In this document: positions 9,701-19,334 of the stretch, one piece after another | Layout of the letters: the number at the start of each line of letters is the position of its first letter | How positions within the stretch are numbered: the first letter of the stretch is position 1 | Source of the DNA: Candidatus Latescibacterota bacterium | GTDB lineage: Bacteria > Latescibacterota > UBA2968 > GCA-2709665 | Direction of reading: 5' to 3' | DNA: 64,000 bases | NCBI GenBank assembly: GCA_965219455.1 | Contig: OZ244744.1 | Location: 2,048,001-2,112,000, forward strand | The notes under the pieces: model-generated | Databases searched by the model: none | The model's input: the letters and a program-made list of their open reading frames with translations, nothing else | Told to the model about the DNA's origin: nothing | Made by a program: the position numbers and the translations under genes

Positions 9701-10708
9701 TTGATTCCATTCGACGCGCTTACGTACAGAGGGCAACTACGCCGCCTTCGACACCTCGCGCTCGATGCGCTTGAGTCGTACGATTTGGGGGGATTCTCGC
9801 TTCGGCCGATACAACACCGGGAAAACGCGACGTTCCTGGTAAGGGCGGGAGGCCGTAGATACCTTTTGCGCGTCAGCCGGCCCGGGTACAGAGAACAGGC
9901 CGTCATTCGATCGGAGCTGGAATGGCTGGATGCAATCACACGGGATACGGACCTCGTCGTGCCCGCGCCTGTCGCCAACCGCGAGGGAAAGCTGCTGACG
10001 GTCGCCGTGGCGCCGGGTGTCCCGGAACCGAGAGTCTGCGCGCTTTTTCGGTGGGTGAAAGGCCGGTTTTGCAGCCAGCACGACCTGACCGGGCGACATC
10101 TGGAAATGGTCGGCCGCCTCACGGGCAAATTGCACTGCCACGCCTCGGGTTTCGCCCCTTCGCCCGGCTTCACCCGCATCCGCTGGGACTGTGAGTGTCT
10201 GCTCGGCGGCGCCACCGGTGGTACGATCGACCGCGCAAAATCAGTGCTCGATTCGGAAGGACGGGCCATCGTTGACGGGGCTGTAGAGATAACGCACTGC
10301 GCGATGGTGCAATTGGGAGAAGCGTCGTCCGTTTTCGGTCTCATACACCGGGACCTGCACCAGATGAACTACGTATTCCTGAAGGGCGAAGCGCGCGCCA
10401 TCGACTTTGACGATTGCGGATGGGGCTACTATCTCGGTGATATGGGTTCAACCCTCGGCCCACTCGTAAGCCGGAGTGATTTCGCCTCGCTGCGCGCCGC
10501 TTTTCTTCGAGGTTACAGGAGCGTCCGACCCCTCGATGCCACCCACGAGCGCCTGCTGACCTCCTTTCTGATCGCCGACCGTCTGAAGATCGCCGTCTGG
10601 ATGGCCGGCCGCTGGGACAACCCGGGCCTGCGAGACAGCATCGCGGGATTCGTACGGGACCGGGTCGACCAGATGGACAATATGATGCGATGGAATCCAG
10701 GAGTATGA
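9701..10708 (+). CDS. APH-like phosphotransferase
   Basis: ENATF, SELEWL, IHRDLH..N, IDFDDCG. Confidence 0.85.
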   Translation: MIPFDALTYRGQLRRLRHLALDALESYDLGGFSLRPIQHRENATFLVRAGGRRYLLRVSRPGYREQAVIRSELEWLDAITRDTDLVVPAPVANREGKLLTVAVAPGVPEPRVCALFRWVKGRFCSQHDLTGRHLEMVGRLTGKLHCHASGFAPSPGFTRIRWDCECLLGGATGGTIDRAKSVLDSEGRAIVDGAVEITHCAMVQLGEASSVFGLIHRDLHQMNYVFLKGEARAIDFDDCGWGYYLGDMGSTLGPLVSRSDFASLRAAFLRGYRSVRPLDATHERLLTSFLIADRLKIAVWMAGRWDNPGLRDSIAGFVRDRVDQMDNMMRWNPGV

Positions 10709-10709
10709 T

Positions 10710-11153
10710 TTGTCGACACCGAAAGAGGAGATAATCTTGCCCGGCTCCCCGATCGTCTACAGCGAAACCCGGGACATTCGACTCGATGCCATATTGAGGC
10801 TCTATTCCGCCAACGAATGGTCGTCCGCGAGCAAGCCGAACGAGCTTCGCAATGCATTGATGGACTCCCACTCTCTGCTGACAGCGTGGGATGACGACCG
10901 TCTCATCGGACTGGGCAATGCCATCTCGGACGGTCATCTCGTTGTGTATTATCCACACCTTCTGGTGGATCCCGAATTTCAGCGGAAAGGTATCGGATCG
11001 GAGTTGATGAGAAGGCTGATGGCAAAATACGAAGGCTTCCACCAGCACGTGCTCATTGCGGATGGCCGGGCGATCGACTTCTACAGAAAGTGCGGGTTTA
11101 CCAGGGCCGGCAAGACGGAGCCGATGTGGATCTACTCCGGTAAGGATCACTAA
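10710..11153 (+). CDS. GNAT acetyltransferase
   Basis: VDPEFQRKGIG acetyl-CoA motif, FYRKCGF. Confidence 0.9.
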   Translation: MSTPKEEIILPGSPIVYSETRDIRLDAILRLYSANEWSSASKPNELRNALMDSHSLLTAWDDDRLIGLGNAISDGHLVVYYPHLLVDPEFQRKGIGSELMRRLMAKYEGFHQHVLIADGRAIDFYRKCGFTRAGKTEPMWIYSGKDH

Positions 11154-11280
11154 ACCAGGGCGCGCGACGGGGATGGGAGACCCAGGGCAGACGTCACCGT
11201 TCCACGCAGGTTGGCTTTCTCAGAGTGTGGGCGCACGTGCGATGGACGCATATCGCGGATGATTCGGCGGCGCAACTTAG

Positions 11281-11455
11281 CGTCTGCCATTGAACAAGAT
11301 TCCACCCCTGGAGTGAAAATATGACACCCCGTGTAATTGAAGCTCGCTATGTAGACGACTATGTGATCTGGCTCAGATTCGATGATGGTCGTGGGAAAAT
11401 GAAGCAAGTTTTGCGCCTGAATTTCTATATGATAATGTTAAGGATCATCGAATGA
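11281..11455 (+). pseudogene. remnant of a DUF4160/DUF2442 (DhiT/DhiA-like) TA pair
   Basis: 11281-11316 reads RLPLNKIPPLE* (DUF4160-like C-terminus). ATG 11321 reads MTPRVIEARYVDDYVIWLRFDDG, joined out of frame to WENEASFAPEFLYDNVK (DUF2442-like N- and C-termini with the middle deleted). Confidence 0.7.
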
Positions 11456-13275
11456 ATTTCCTAATCAGAGAAATGACAAAAGAGTTTCGAAACGTTTGTG
11501 CCAGCGTGGCAATGGTTGTCCGTACTGCCCCAAGTCAGACAGTGCGCCTGGTTGTCCTAACGCTAGGCCTCGGGTCAGGACCAGCTGCGATCCTGTACAT
11601 TCAGAAGATAGTCATTGATGAAGTCGTGGAGCACAAGGACTATTCAGTTGATGCATCTTTGTCAGTTGCACTTATCGTGGGGATGATTGCCTTTGTTACA
11701 TGCAATCTTCTGATGGACTCCATCGAGACGATTCGGGGATTCCGAGTGCAGATTTTTGGGCGGGTTGTTGAGGGCAGAATAAAGGAGAGGGTATATCATA
11801 AGGTCGCAATGTTTAACGATATAGCACTTTTTGAGACACCCGAGCTATTGAACGAACTCGAGCTTGCGCTTCGCGGAGTTGGTAGACTAAGGAGTCTTAC
11901 CGCCGTAGTTGGGAATCTTTTGATCGGAACGTTCATGGTGATTCCTGTATTGGTTCTGTCAGCTTCGATCGAGTGGTGGGTTCCGATCGTGATTTTCGGC
12001 CTGATGGTGCCGTCTGTTTGTGTTCAGCTCTATTACGACGAAAAGGCGTGGAACGTAGAGGCGCGACAAGCAAGCCTTCAAAGGCAGGTCGGGATCTTCG
12101 AAAGGATCCTGACTTCGAAGGAATTCGCAAAGGAGCTTCGGTTGTTCGGGATCCAGTCGTTGATCCTCGATCGTTGGAAGGATAAGTTTTGGTCTGCCTT
12201 CAGAGAAAGCTACGAGGTGACGAGGCGTGGAACTTATCAGATTCTATTTTGGTCGCTACTCAGCGTTGTCGGCGTAGGTGCGCCGTTCGTGTACGTTGTT
12301 CTCGCAGTCTTGGATGGGCGTTTTTCGGTCGGCGATTTAGCGCTCTACGTTGGTCTTGTGTACCAGGTACAGCGCAGCATCTTCATCCTGGTCGACAATA
12401 CGTCCAGGCTTCGGACTGTTGGGTTAGCTATCGGGCCTATCTTTCGCATTCTCAATCTTGAACCGGAACTGAAGGATCAAGGCGGAGAAATCGTTGAACG
12501 AGATGAAACAGCCATTGACATTGACGGACTGTCCTTCTCGTATCCCGGTGAGACTCGTCTTGTACTGAAAGACATTAATCTGAGACTGCGAGCCGGGGAG
12601 ACAGTTGCAATTGTTGGAGAGAACGGAGCAGGAAAAACCACGCTTGTAAAGTTGCTATGTCGGCTCTTCGACCCTGTGAAGGGATCAATTTCCTGGAATG
12701 GTATGGATATCAGGGGAATTGGCTTAGCGGATCTAAGACGAAGAATCGGTACGGTGATGCAGGACTTCGCGCGGTTTCCGCTTTCGGGGGCAGAGAACAT
12801 TGGCATCGGTTCAATTGACAACCTGTGTGATAGGGATGCTATTGAAGCCGCAGCCACCGGTGCCGGACTTCGTGAGGTCCTTAAGACGCGGCCAGGATTT
12901 ATGGACAAGCACTTAACAAGGGAACTCGATGACGGTATTGAACTATCTGGGGGGGAGTGGCAGCGGGTAGCACTTGCTCGAGCCTTCATGAGGCTGTCGC
13001 GATGCAGCTTGGTAATCCTGGACGAGCCTACTGCGGCCCTGGATCCGAAAACGGAGTATGAAATACACTCCGTTCTGGCAGACATTGCTAAGAACAAAAC
13101 TTCCGTGATTATTACACATCGGCTTTCCCTCGCTCGATTTTCTGACAGGATCGTTGTCCTTGAAGATGGTAGAGTCGTGGAGGAGGGCACGCATGAGGAG
13201 TTGATGTCGATCAAAGGCGTGTACTCATCAATGTTCAGGCGGCAAGCAATTCGTTACACGGATAATCTGGCATAG
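11452..13275 (+). CDS. ABC exporter, fused permease/ATP-binding protein
   Basis: N-terminal TM helices, GENGAGKT, LSGGEWQR, ILDEPT; visibly more AT-rich than its neighbours. Confidence 0.92.
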   Translation: MNFLIREMTKEFRNVCASVAMVVRTAPSQTVRLVVLTLGLGSGPAAILYIQKIVIDEVVEHKDYSVDASLSVALIVGMIAFVTCNLLMDSIETIRGFRVQIFGRVVEGRIKERVYHKVAMFNDIALFETPELLNELELALRGVGRLRSLTAVVGNLLIGTFMVIPVLVLSASIEWWVPIVIFGLMVPSVCVQLYYDEKAWNVEARQASLQRQVGIFERILTSKEFAKELRLFGIQSLILDRWKDKFWSAFRESYEVTRRGTYQILFWSLLSVVGVGAPFVYVVLAVLDGRFSVGDLALYVGLVYQVQRSIFILVDNTSRLRTVGLAIGPIFRILNLEPELKDQGGEIVERDETAIDIDGLSFSYPGETRLVLKDINLRLRAGETVAIVGENGAGKTTLVKLLCRLFDPVKGSISWNGMDIRGIGLADLRRRIGTVMQDFARFPLSGAENIGIGSIDNLCDRDAIEAAATGAGLREVLKTRPGFMDKHLTRELDDGIELSGGEWQRVALARAFMRLSRCSLVILDEPTAALDPKTEYEIHSVLADIAKNKTSVIITHRLSLARFSDRIVVLEDGRVVEEGTHEELMSIKGVYSSMFRRQAIRYTDNLA

Positions 13276-13483
13276 TTATGAGTAAAGCAAGGTTACGGCC
13301 TGAATGGGAAGTTTTGGTTTTCTGTAACCTGTGAAAGAGAGAAAGCGGATCTCCATCTCGGCCTTTTGACTCAATACCGCCGGTTTGTTTTTCCGTAATG
13401 TGTTGTTGGGTCAAAATCAGCGAAGTCAGAATGCGACAGAATTGTGACTTCCCGGATTCCGGTGGGTCGAAAGAAAGGCTGCG

Positions 13484-14818
13484 ATGAACGAAAGCGATTC
13501 AGGCATCCGCAGGGTGTCCTCAACTTTCCGGGCAACCCTTCGACGCGAGCTTGGCGCCTGGGTGGACGAGGGCGTTGTCGATTCCGATCAGTCCGCCGCG
13601 ATATCGAAGCGCTACGGACTGGGCGAGGTTGCGGAGAAATCCGGCGGCCTGCTTGTACAGGCGCTCTATCTGATCGGAGCCTGCCTGATCGGAGGGGGCG
13701 CGATCAGCTTCGTGGCGTCAAGATGGGAAGCAATCCCCGTACCCTTGAGAATGGCGCTCCTTGTCGGTACGCTGCTTGCCTGCGAAGTCGCAGGGTTCTA
13801 CCTGTGGAAGGTGTCGGGAACCCGCAGAAAGCTCGGGGAGGCCCTCATCGTGCTGGGCGGGCTGGTCTTTGGAGCGAACGTGGTACTGATCGCGCAGATG
13901 TTCAATCTGCACGGCGAACCTTACGGCGCCCTTGGAGTCTGGGCGCTCGGAACGGCGGTCATTGCCTATGCGACGATGAGCGGACCCTGTATGTTCCTGA
14001 CGTGCGCGACGAGTTTCGCCTGGTTCTGCGGCCACACGGCCGGGAACCCGCACGCATTCTGCTGGTATTCACTCACAATCGTGGTCGCAGGGCTTCCGTT
14101 TCTGTTGCGTCGCAGTGCCGCGGCCTTTACCGGCGTGATTTTGGCGGCAGGGGCGGCAACCGCCGTGTGCGCGGGGTTCGACAGCGGCGAGTACTGGCCG
14201 GCCGTTCTCGCCGTTGCCGTAACCGCCACGTTCCTCTTCGGCCTGGGGCTTCGGCTGCATAGGATCGAATCCGCGCGGCTGATGGGGATGATCGCGAGGA
14301 TTGTCGGGTTGGCGGGGATTCTGCTGCTCGCGTACATCATCTCCTTCCAGGAAGTCGCAAGCGAACTTTCAACGCGCACGTGGCGGTCCGCCGGATGGTT
14401 GTGGACGGTACCGCTCGGGCTGGTGTGCATCGCGACAATTGCCGTTTGGGTCTCCGTGATCCGGACGCCTCCGGAGAGGGCCGACCTGAGGCACCGCTCA
14501 ACAGCGGTACTCGTTGCCGGCGTCCTCCTGGCCTCAGGTATGTTGACCATGCATGCTGTCGTGATATCCCTGGGGGCTCATCTGGCCGTCACCGCAATCG
14601 GGGTCAGTCTTCTGTGTACGGCGGTAAAGGTCCATCGAAGGACATCCTTCTGGACGGGTCTGTTGCTCCTGGCGTGGGTTGTCTTCCACAACTTTATACA
14701 GTGGGAAACGCATCTGCTCCTCAAGTCACTGGTCTTCATCCTGTGCGGTATCGGGCTGATTCTCGGTGGGATCCGGTTTGAGCGGCATCTCAAACAGGGG
14801 GGATCTGATAATGGTTAA
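13484..14818 (+). CDS. DUF2157-domain membrane protein
   Basis: EL..WV.EG.V...Q...I..RY N-terminus, FGA...LIAQMFN, many TM segments. Confidence 0.8.
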   Translation: MNESDSGIRRVSSTFRATLRRELGAWVDEGVVDSDQSAAISKRYGLGEVAEKSGGLLVQALYLIGACLIGGGAISFVASRWEAIPVPLRMALLVGTLLACEVAGFYLWKVSGTRRKLGEALIVLGGLVFGANVVLIAQMFNLHGEPYGALGVWALGTAVIAYATMSGPCMFLTCATSFAWFCGHTAGNPHAFCWYSLTIVVAGLPFLLRRSAAAFTGVILAAGAATAVCAGFDSGEYWPAVLAVAVTATFLFGLGLRLHRIESARLMGMIARIVGLAGILLLAYIISFQEVASELSTRTWRSAGWLWTVPLGLVCIATIAVWVSVIRTPPERADLRHRSTAVLVAGVLLASGMLTMHAVVISLGAHLAVTAIGVSLLCTAVKVHRRTSFWTGLLLLAWVVFHNFIQWETHLLLKSLVFILCGIGLILGGIRFERHLKQGGSDNG

Positions 14819-15473
14819 GAGATCCATCTGGTTCGGAGCCGCGCTACTCGTGCAAATCGGGATCCTTGCAGCCCTGCCCCTGGGCCGGAATGACCTGGGC
14901 CGGAATGAACCGGGAAAGGGGATCTGGCTTTCCGCAAAGGTCACCAATTTGAGGGATGCGATGCGAGGGTCGGGTATACGCCTGAATTATGACATCGAAC
15001 GGCTTGAAGTGCGCCGCAAGCGGGGGGAGACAGTCTATGCAACGCTGCGGAGACAGTCGGATTCCACGTGGTCGGTCGAGACGGCATGGGCAGATCGGCC
15101 GTTGGACGTATCGCCGGCATCGATTCTGATCCGCGGCAAGACCGCGCGACGATGGGAACCCGTTCATGTAAACCTGCGGCAGAAGAGCGACGGTACCTGG
15201 CTCGCGGATTCGGTGGCAATCGGACAGGTGGACACGCCGTTCGGAAACGTCGAGTCACACCGGGCCGTGGCGACTGCTTCGGTCCCGCAGGACTACGTGG
15301 ACCTGGGAATCGGATACTGCGATGTCACGGAAAATCTGCGAAAGCGGATCGTCCAGGACATCCGGAAGCATCCCGGGGATTTCGCGGCGCTCGTCCGGGT
15401 CGACCCGCAGGGGCGCGCGTCGCTCTTGGGTTTTCGTGTCCGGGATCGGGAGTTCAGATTGGGGACGTGGTAA
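14811..15473 (+). CDS. GDYXXLXY-domain-like protein
   Basis: N-terminal TM helix, RDAMRGSGIRLNY (degenerate motif), VRVD..GRA C-terminus; usual partner of DUF2157. Confidence 0.65.
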   Translation: MVKRSIWFGAALLVQIGILAALPLGRNDLGRNEPGKGIWLSAKVTNLRDAMRGSGIRLNYDIERLEVRRKRGETVYATLRRQSDSTWSVETAWADRPLDVSPASILIRGKTARRWEPVHVNLRQKSDGTWLADSVAIGQVDTPFGNVESHRAVATASVPQDYVDLGIGYCDVTENLRKRIVQDIRKHPGDFAALVRVDPQGRASLLGFRVRDREFRLGTW

Positions 15474-15480
15474 GCTGAAC

Positions 15481-15515
15481 ACGAGTCGCCCCTACAAGAT
15501 CAGGGGTGGGGCGAT
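15481..15515. repeat. partial REP-like doublet
   Basis: GTCGCCCCTAC ... GTGGGGCGA inverted pair. Confidence 0.45.
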
Positions 15516-15541
15516 TTTATATAGCGGGTTAGAGGAACATC

Positions 15542-15884
15542 ATGGCAGCGAAATATACCAAACGGAAACATCTGGAGATGAATTGGGCGGGATGTGACGA
15601 AGGCCATCGTTATCTGGAGCCTGAGAGTCACTCGGAATTACGGCGACACGAGGCCGGAATATTCACCGTTTCAAATTGACGATTTCGTCTCTAAGGAATC
15701 CGACGAAGTTGAGTTTCCCCATACGCTGGCGGACATCCTGAATGCCATCGCGCAAGCCGGCTTTGTCCTGGAGCAAATGGTGGAATGCAACCCGGACGAA
15801 GCGGGTTTTCCGATCGACGGATTGAAATATACCGCCGGGAAGCTACCGCATGATTTCTATGTGACTGCCAGGAAAATAGCTTGA
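15542..15884 (+). pseudogene. internally deleted SAM-methyltransferase
   Basis: ATG 15542 (MAAKYTKRKHLEMNW) is out of frame with the C-terminal EFPHTLADILNAIAQAGFVLEQMVE...LPHDFYVTARK; the SAM-binding core is absent. Confidence 0.55.
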
Positions 15885-15954
15885 ACCGCCTGCAAGATTC
15901 CACTCCGGCTCGAGCAACGGTATCACGGCCCCTCTTAGTCCACGCCCCCCTTCC

Positions 15955-17814
15955 CTATCCGCATTCCCCGTAGCTGTAGACGTGGGATCCGTTCCCGAAG
16001 TAGATGCGTCCGTTCAGCCAGTCCCCTCCGAAGCCGATGGGTACGGGAGACGCAGCCACCAACCTGAGGCTGTGGTCGGACGGGTCTACGCGGACGATTC
16101 CCTTCACAAAGAGCATGTAGACACTGCCCGCCGGCGTGGTCACGAAGACACGGGGGCCCTGCTGCCTTGCCGTCAGTCCGAAATTTTCTGCGGTGCCTTC
16201 GCTGCGCACGGTCTTTCTGGTTACCGGATCAAACGCAAAGAAGCATTCCCCGTCTGCAACCCCATAGACCAGGCCGCCCGGACCCGGGCAGAGATCCGTG
16301 TACGATTGCACGCCGGGGAAAACGACCTCGCGCCACAGGATTCGCCTGCTTTCCGGATCCATCAGGTAGAGTTCGGCTTCTTCCGCCTTCCGCTCGCCCC
16401 CTGTTCCGGGATCGGTTGTGGAGCCGCCCAGGAGATTGCCGTTCGCAAGGGCAACCAGGCTCATCGTGCTGTGATCGGGAAGAAGCTCGGTGTGGTCAAG
16501 CAGGACGCGCGACCCGGTCTCCCGGTCCCAGAATAAGATCCCGCCGCCCGTGCGGCCGTAGTCCGGCGTGCCCGACAGAATGACGGTCTTCCCGTCAGGA
16601 TGGGCGAGCAGCGTGTGCGGGCGGTTGATGGCGGGTTTGCATTCGGTCAGGAAACGTGGATTGGAACCGGGGTTGTCCTTTTCGGTAGGGACCCAGGGAC
16701 TGGCAGGGTCCCATTCCAGCAGAAAACCGCCTGTGTAGCCTCCCGCGAAGAACCGGTCCGTCTGCCGGGCAACCGTGTTCCACTGCCCAAGGTTGGGGCG
16801 ATTCGTCCAACTGTCGTTTTCGGGATCGTACCTGAAGAAACGCGCGGGAAAAGTGGTGCCCCCGCAGATGGTGTTGTCCGGAGCCGCGGAAAGGCCCATC
16901 ACGTGGGCGCCTTCAGTGGTGTAGTCGAAGTCGACTTTCCGGATCTCGCCGGATTCGGGATTCTCCACGGACAGGGTGCGGTTGGCCAGATTGCACGCCG
17001 CGACGCGTTTGCCGTCCGGAAAGTCCCGGTGGAAGAGTCCCTGGCTACCCGTGACGATCGGTTTTTCGTTCTGCTCTTCTAACGCCCCGACCGGGTTACG
17101 CCTGCCATTGTAGAGTTCAAACCAGTCAGGGTCATTGTCGCCGGCATGCCCGTATACCTTACCGTTCAGGTCGCGGTAGACGTGGCCGCTCCCGTGGACG
17201 CGTTCGCTTTCGGTGAGCATGGGTTCCGCGGCGCCGGAATCCGGATCCAGGCTGATGATCTGGCTGGCGGTGCTGCCGATGCCGAAGTAGATCCATCCCG
17301 CGCTGTCGGCGGCAACCGAACGCGGGTATTGCCGCCAGTTCTGTTCGTAGACGTGACCGTAATCCCTGAACGCGCGGGTTCGGGGATCGTAAGACAGAAC
17401 GCCGCTATCCGGATGGGTGGCCGCCCAGATTAGGCCGCTGTCGTCCTCGGTCATCCCCATCGCCATCTGCGGTACGGTCTCGTGGTAGAATGTAAACGCC
17501 CGCTCAGCGGGATCGAAGGCAAGGAAGTAGCTGTGAAAATGGGTACAGAAGAGGTTGCCGCTGGAGAGAATTGACGAAAACGGGCATGCATTGAAGTCAT
17601 CGCCCGGTGGAAAAGGCAGGGGGTACTGTTCGCTTGCGCCCGTTTCGGCGTCGATCAACAGCAGGGCGTAGCAGCCGCGATGATCGTACAGCCAGACCAG
17701 AACGACGTTCCGACCCTGCCCGTCCACGGTGGCGGCGAGCCCCCGGCTGTTGGCGATGTCCGTCGCGACGCCGTGGTGGCGGAAACCGTTGCCGAGTTCC
17801 TCTGAGACGTGCAT
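15955..17814 (-). CDS. hypothetical beta-propeller repeat protein
   Basis: 619 aa with repeated D..G.(I/V)(W/Y).G and F.YDP blade-like motifs. Confidence 0.7.
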   Translation of the reverse strand: MHVSEELGNGFRHHGVATDIANSRGLAATVDGQGRNVVLVWLYDHRGCYALLLIDAETGASEQYPLPFPPGDDFNACPFSSILSSGNLFCTHFHSYFLAFDPAERAFTFYHETVPQMAMGMTEDDSGLIWAATHPDSGVLSYDPRTRAFRDYGHVYEQNWRQYPRSVAADSAGWIYFGIGSTASQIISLDPDSGAAEPMLTESERVHGSGHVYRDLNGKVYGHAGDNDPDWFELYNGRRNPVGALEEQNEKPIVTGSQGLFHRDFPDGKRVAACNLANRTLSVENPESGEIRKVDFDYTTEGAHVMGLSAAPDNTICGGTTFPARFFRYDPENDSWTNRPNLGQWNTVARQTDRFFAGGYTGGFLLEWDPASPWVPTEKDNPGSNPRFLTECKPAINRPHTLLAHPDGKTVILSGTPDYGRTGGGILFWDRETGSRVLLDHTELLPDHSTMSLVALANGNLLGGSTTDPGTGGERKAEEAELYLMDPESRRILWREVVFPGVQSYTDLCPGPGGLVYGVADGECFFAFDPVTRKTVRSEGTAENFGLTARQQGPRVFVTTPAGSVYMLFVKGIVRVDPSDHSLRLVAASPVPIGFGGDWLNGRIYFGNGSHVYSYGECG

Positions 17815-17879
17815 AGTTGATATCCTCGCACTGAATGTAGCAATATTTGCTTATTGGAGTTAATTCATCGATGGCAGCT

Positions 17880-19235
17880 TCAGCACGCGTCCGAGAGCTG
17901 TCCTTCCATCTCCTTTCGAAGGCGGAAAACGTCGCTTTCATTGTCGAGGTCCACGTCGGCTCGAAGGATCGGCTGTCCCGCTGCGACCCCGCGTTTCAGC
18001 ATGAGTGCGTGGGCCAGACCGATGGGCAAGACGCCGTTCTCGACGGCGGCGGCCGCCGTCATGAGTCTGCCGTAAACACGGTACCCTCCCTCCCCGTCCA
18101 GGGTCTCCCCTGCAGTGAGATCGCGCTTGGCCGTGGCAACGACGTCTGCGACAAACGCACGGGGGGAGCCGGTCGCTTCGCCGTGCACCCCGGCCCGCAT
18201 CACGCTGGTGGCAAGTTCCATGCCGACCAGATGGTAGGGACGGTAGATGGCCGTATAACGTCCTGAGGCATCCGTCGGCAGGCCGTATTCGGCGAAACAC
18301 CGAGGTATATAATCGCCCGCCCCTTCGATGGTGACGTACACACCCCAGCGCAGGTGCGGGTCGACCGGCGTTCCGTCCGGTTGCACGCAGGAGACGACTT
18401 CGACCGTTCCCTTGTGCGAGAGTTGACCGCCCGCGCTCCGGGGCCGGCAGACCTCCGGCAGGCGGTCGATTTCGCATGGCGGGAAGTTCAGACCCTCCGG
18501 CTGCGGTTCCAGCCCCGTGGCATTTGAGACAGCGGCCATTTCAATGGCCGATTTCGTTCCGTCCAGGAAGGAATTGAACATCCTGGGGTTCATCCCGCCG
18601 CGAGCCGCGGTTTCCGCGTCAATCCCGTAGTGGTCCCAGACGGTATCGGGCGTCGATGCATGGTAGGCGGGCCGATGTTTCGTGCCTTTACCGGCGCAGA
18701 CGACGTCGAATCCGTTGGTCCTCGCCCATTCGACGAGTTCACAAATCAAAGCAGGCTGGTCGCCATAGGCAAGCGAGTAGACGAGGCCGGCGGATTCCGC
18801 CCGTTGCGCCAGTACGGGTCCCGCGAGGACGTCCGCTTCGACGTTGACCATGACAAGGTGGCGGCCTTCGTCGATGGCTTTAAGGGCGTAGTGGATGCCG
18901 GCAATCGGGTTGCCGGTGGCTTCGACCACCACGTCGAGGCCGGCCGCGCAAACCAGGGCATCGCCGTCGTCGGTGAGGTGGGTGGCCCCGGTCTTAAGGG
19001 CATTGTCGAAGTCCGTTGCGGCGAATTGGCCGGGCGGCCACTCCGCGCGCCCGAGGGCTTCGCGCGCCCGGTCAATGGAGAGATCGGCCACGCCCAGGAC
19101 ATGCAGATCCGGAATGCGCCTGGCCTGGGCCATGAACATCGTGCCGAATTTTCCGGCGCCGATGAGACCCACCCGAACGGGATTACCGGGTTCGGCGCGC
19201 GCCGGACTCCTTCGCGGGCTGCGAACGTTATGCAT
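17880..19235 (-). CDS. homoserine-dehydrogenase-like NAD(P)-dependent oxidoreductase with C-terminal SAF domain
   Basis: GLIGAGKFG, VNVEAD, GDQP, DGTKSAIEM, AKRDL..GE.LDGEGG. Confidence 0.85.
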   Translation of the reverse strand: MHNVRSPRRSPARAEPGNPVRVGLIGAGKFGTMFMAQARRIPDLHVLGVADLSIDRAREALGRAEWPPGQFAATDFDNALKTGATHLTDDGDALVCAAGLDVVVEATGNPIAGIHYALKAIDEGRHLVMVNVEADVLAGPVLAQRAESAGLVYSLAYGDQPALICELVEWARTNGFDVVCAGKGTKHRPAYHASTPDTVWDHYGIDAETAARGGMNPRMFNSFLDGTKSAIEMAAVSNATGLEPQPEGLNFPPCEIDRLPEVCRPRSAGGQLSHKGTVEVVSCVQPDGTPVDPHLRWGVYVTIEGAGDYIPRCFAEYGLPTDASGRYTAIYRPYHLVGMELATSVMRAGVHGEATGSPRAFVADVVATAKRDLTAGETLDGEGGYRVYGRLMTAAAAVENGVLPIGLAHALMLKRGVAAGQPILRADVDLDNESDVFRLRKEMEGQLSDAC

Positions 19236-19334
19236 AGCGCACCTTGAAATGCGAAAAGCCTTGCGGGCCGCGGAGAAATACGATGGATCCAGTCCCGGAT
19301 TGAATTACAGGTTCACCCGAGACCGGATATGCCG

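Noticed and set aside
13364-13416. Inverted repeat TTTTGACTCAATA / TGTTGGGTCAAAA as a MITE
   Set aside because: Single short copy, 11/13 match, no target duplication; insufficient support.
14878-14909. 15-bp tandem duplication (LGRND-LGRNE) in the GDYXXLXY-like gene
   Set aside because: In-frame two-copy slippage with no evident functional meaning.
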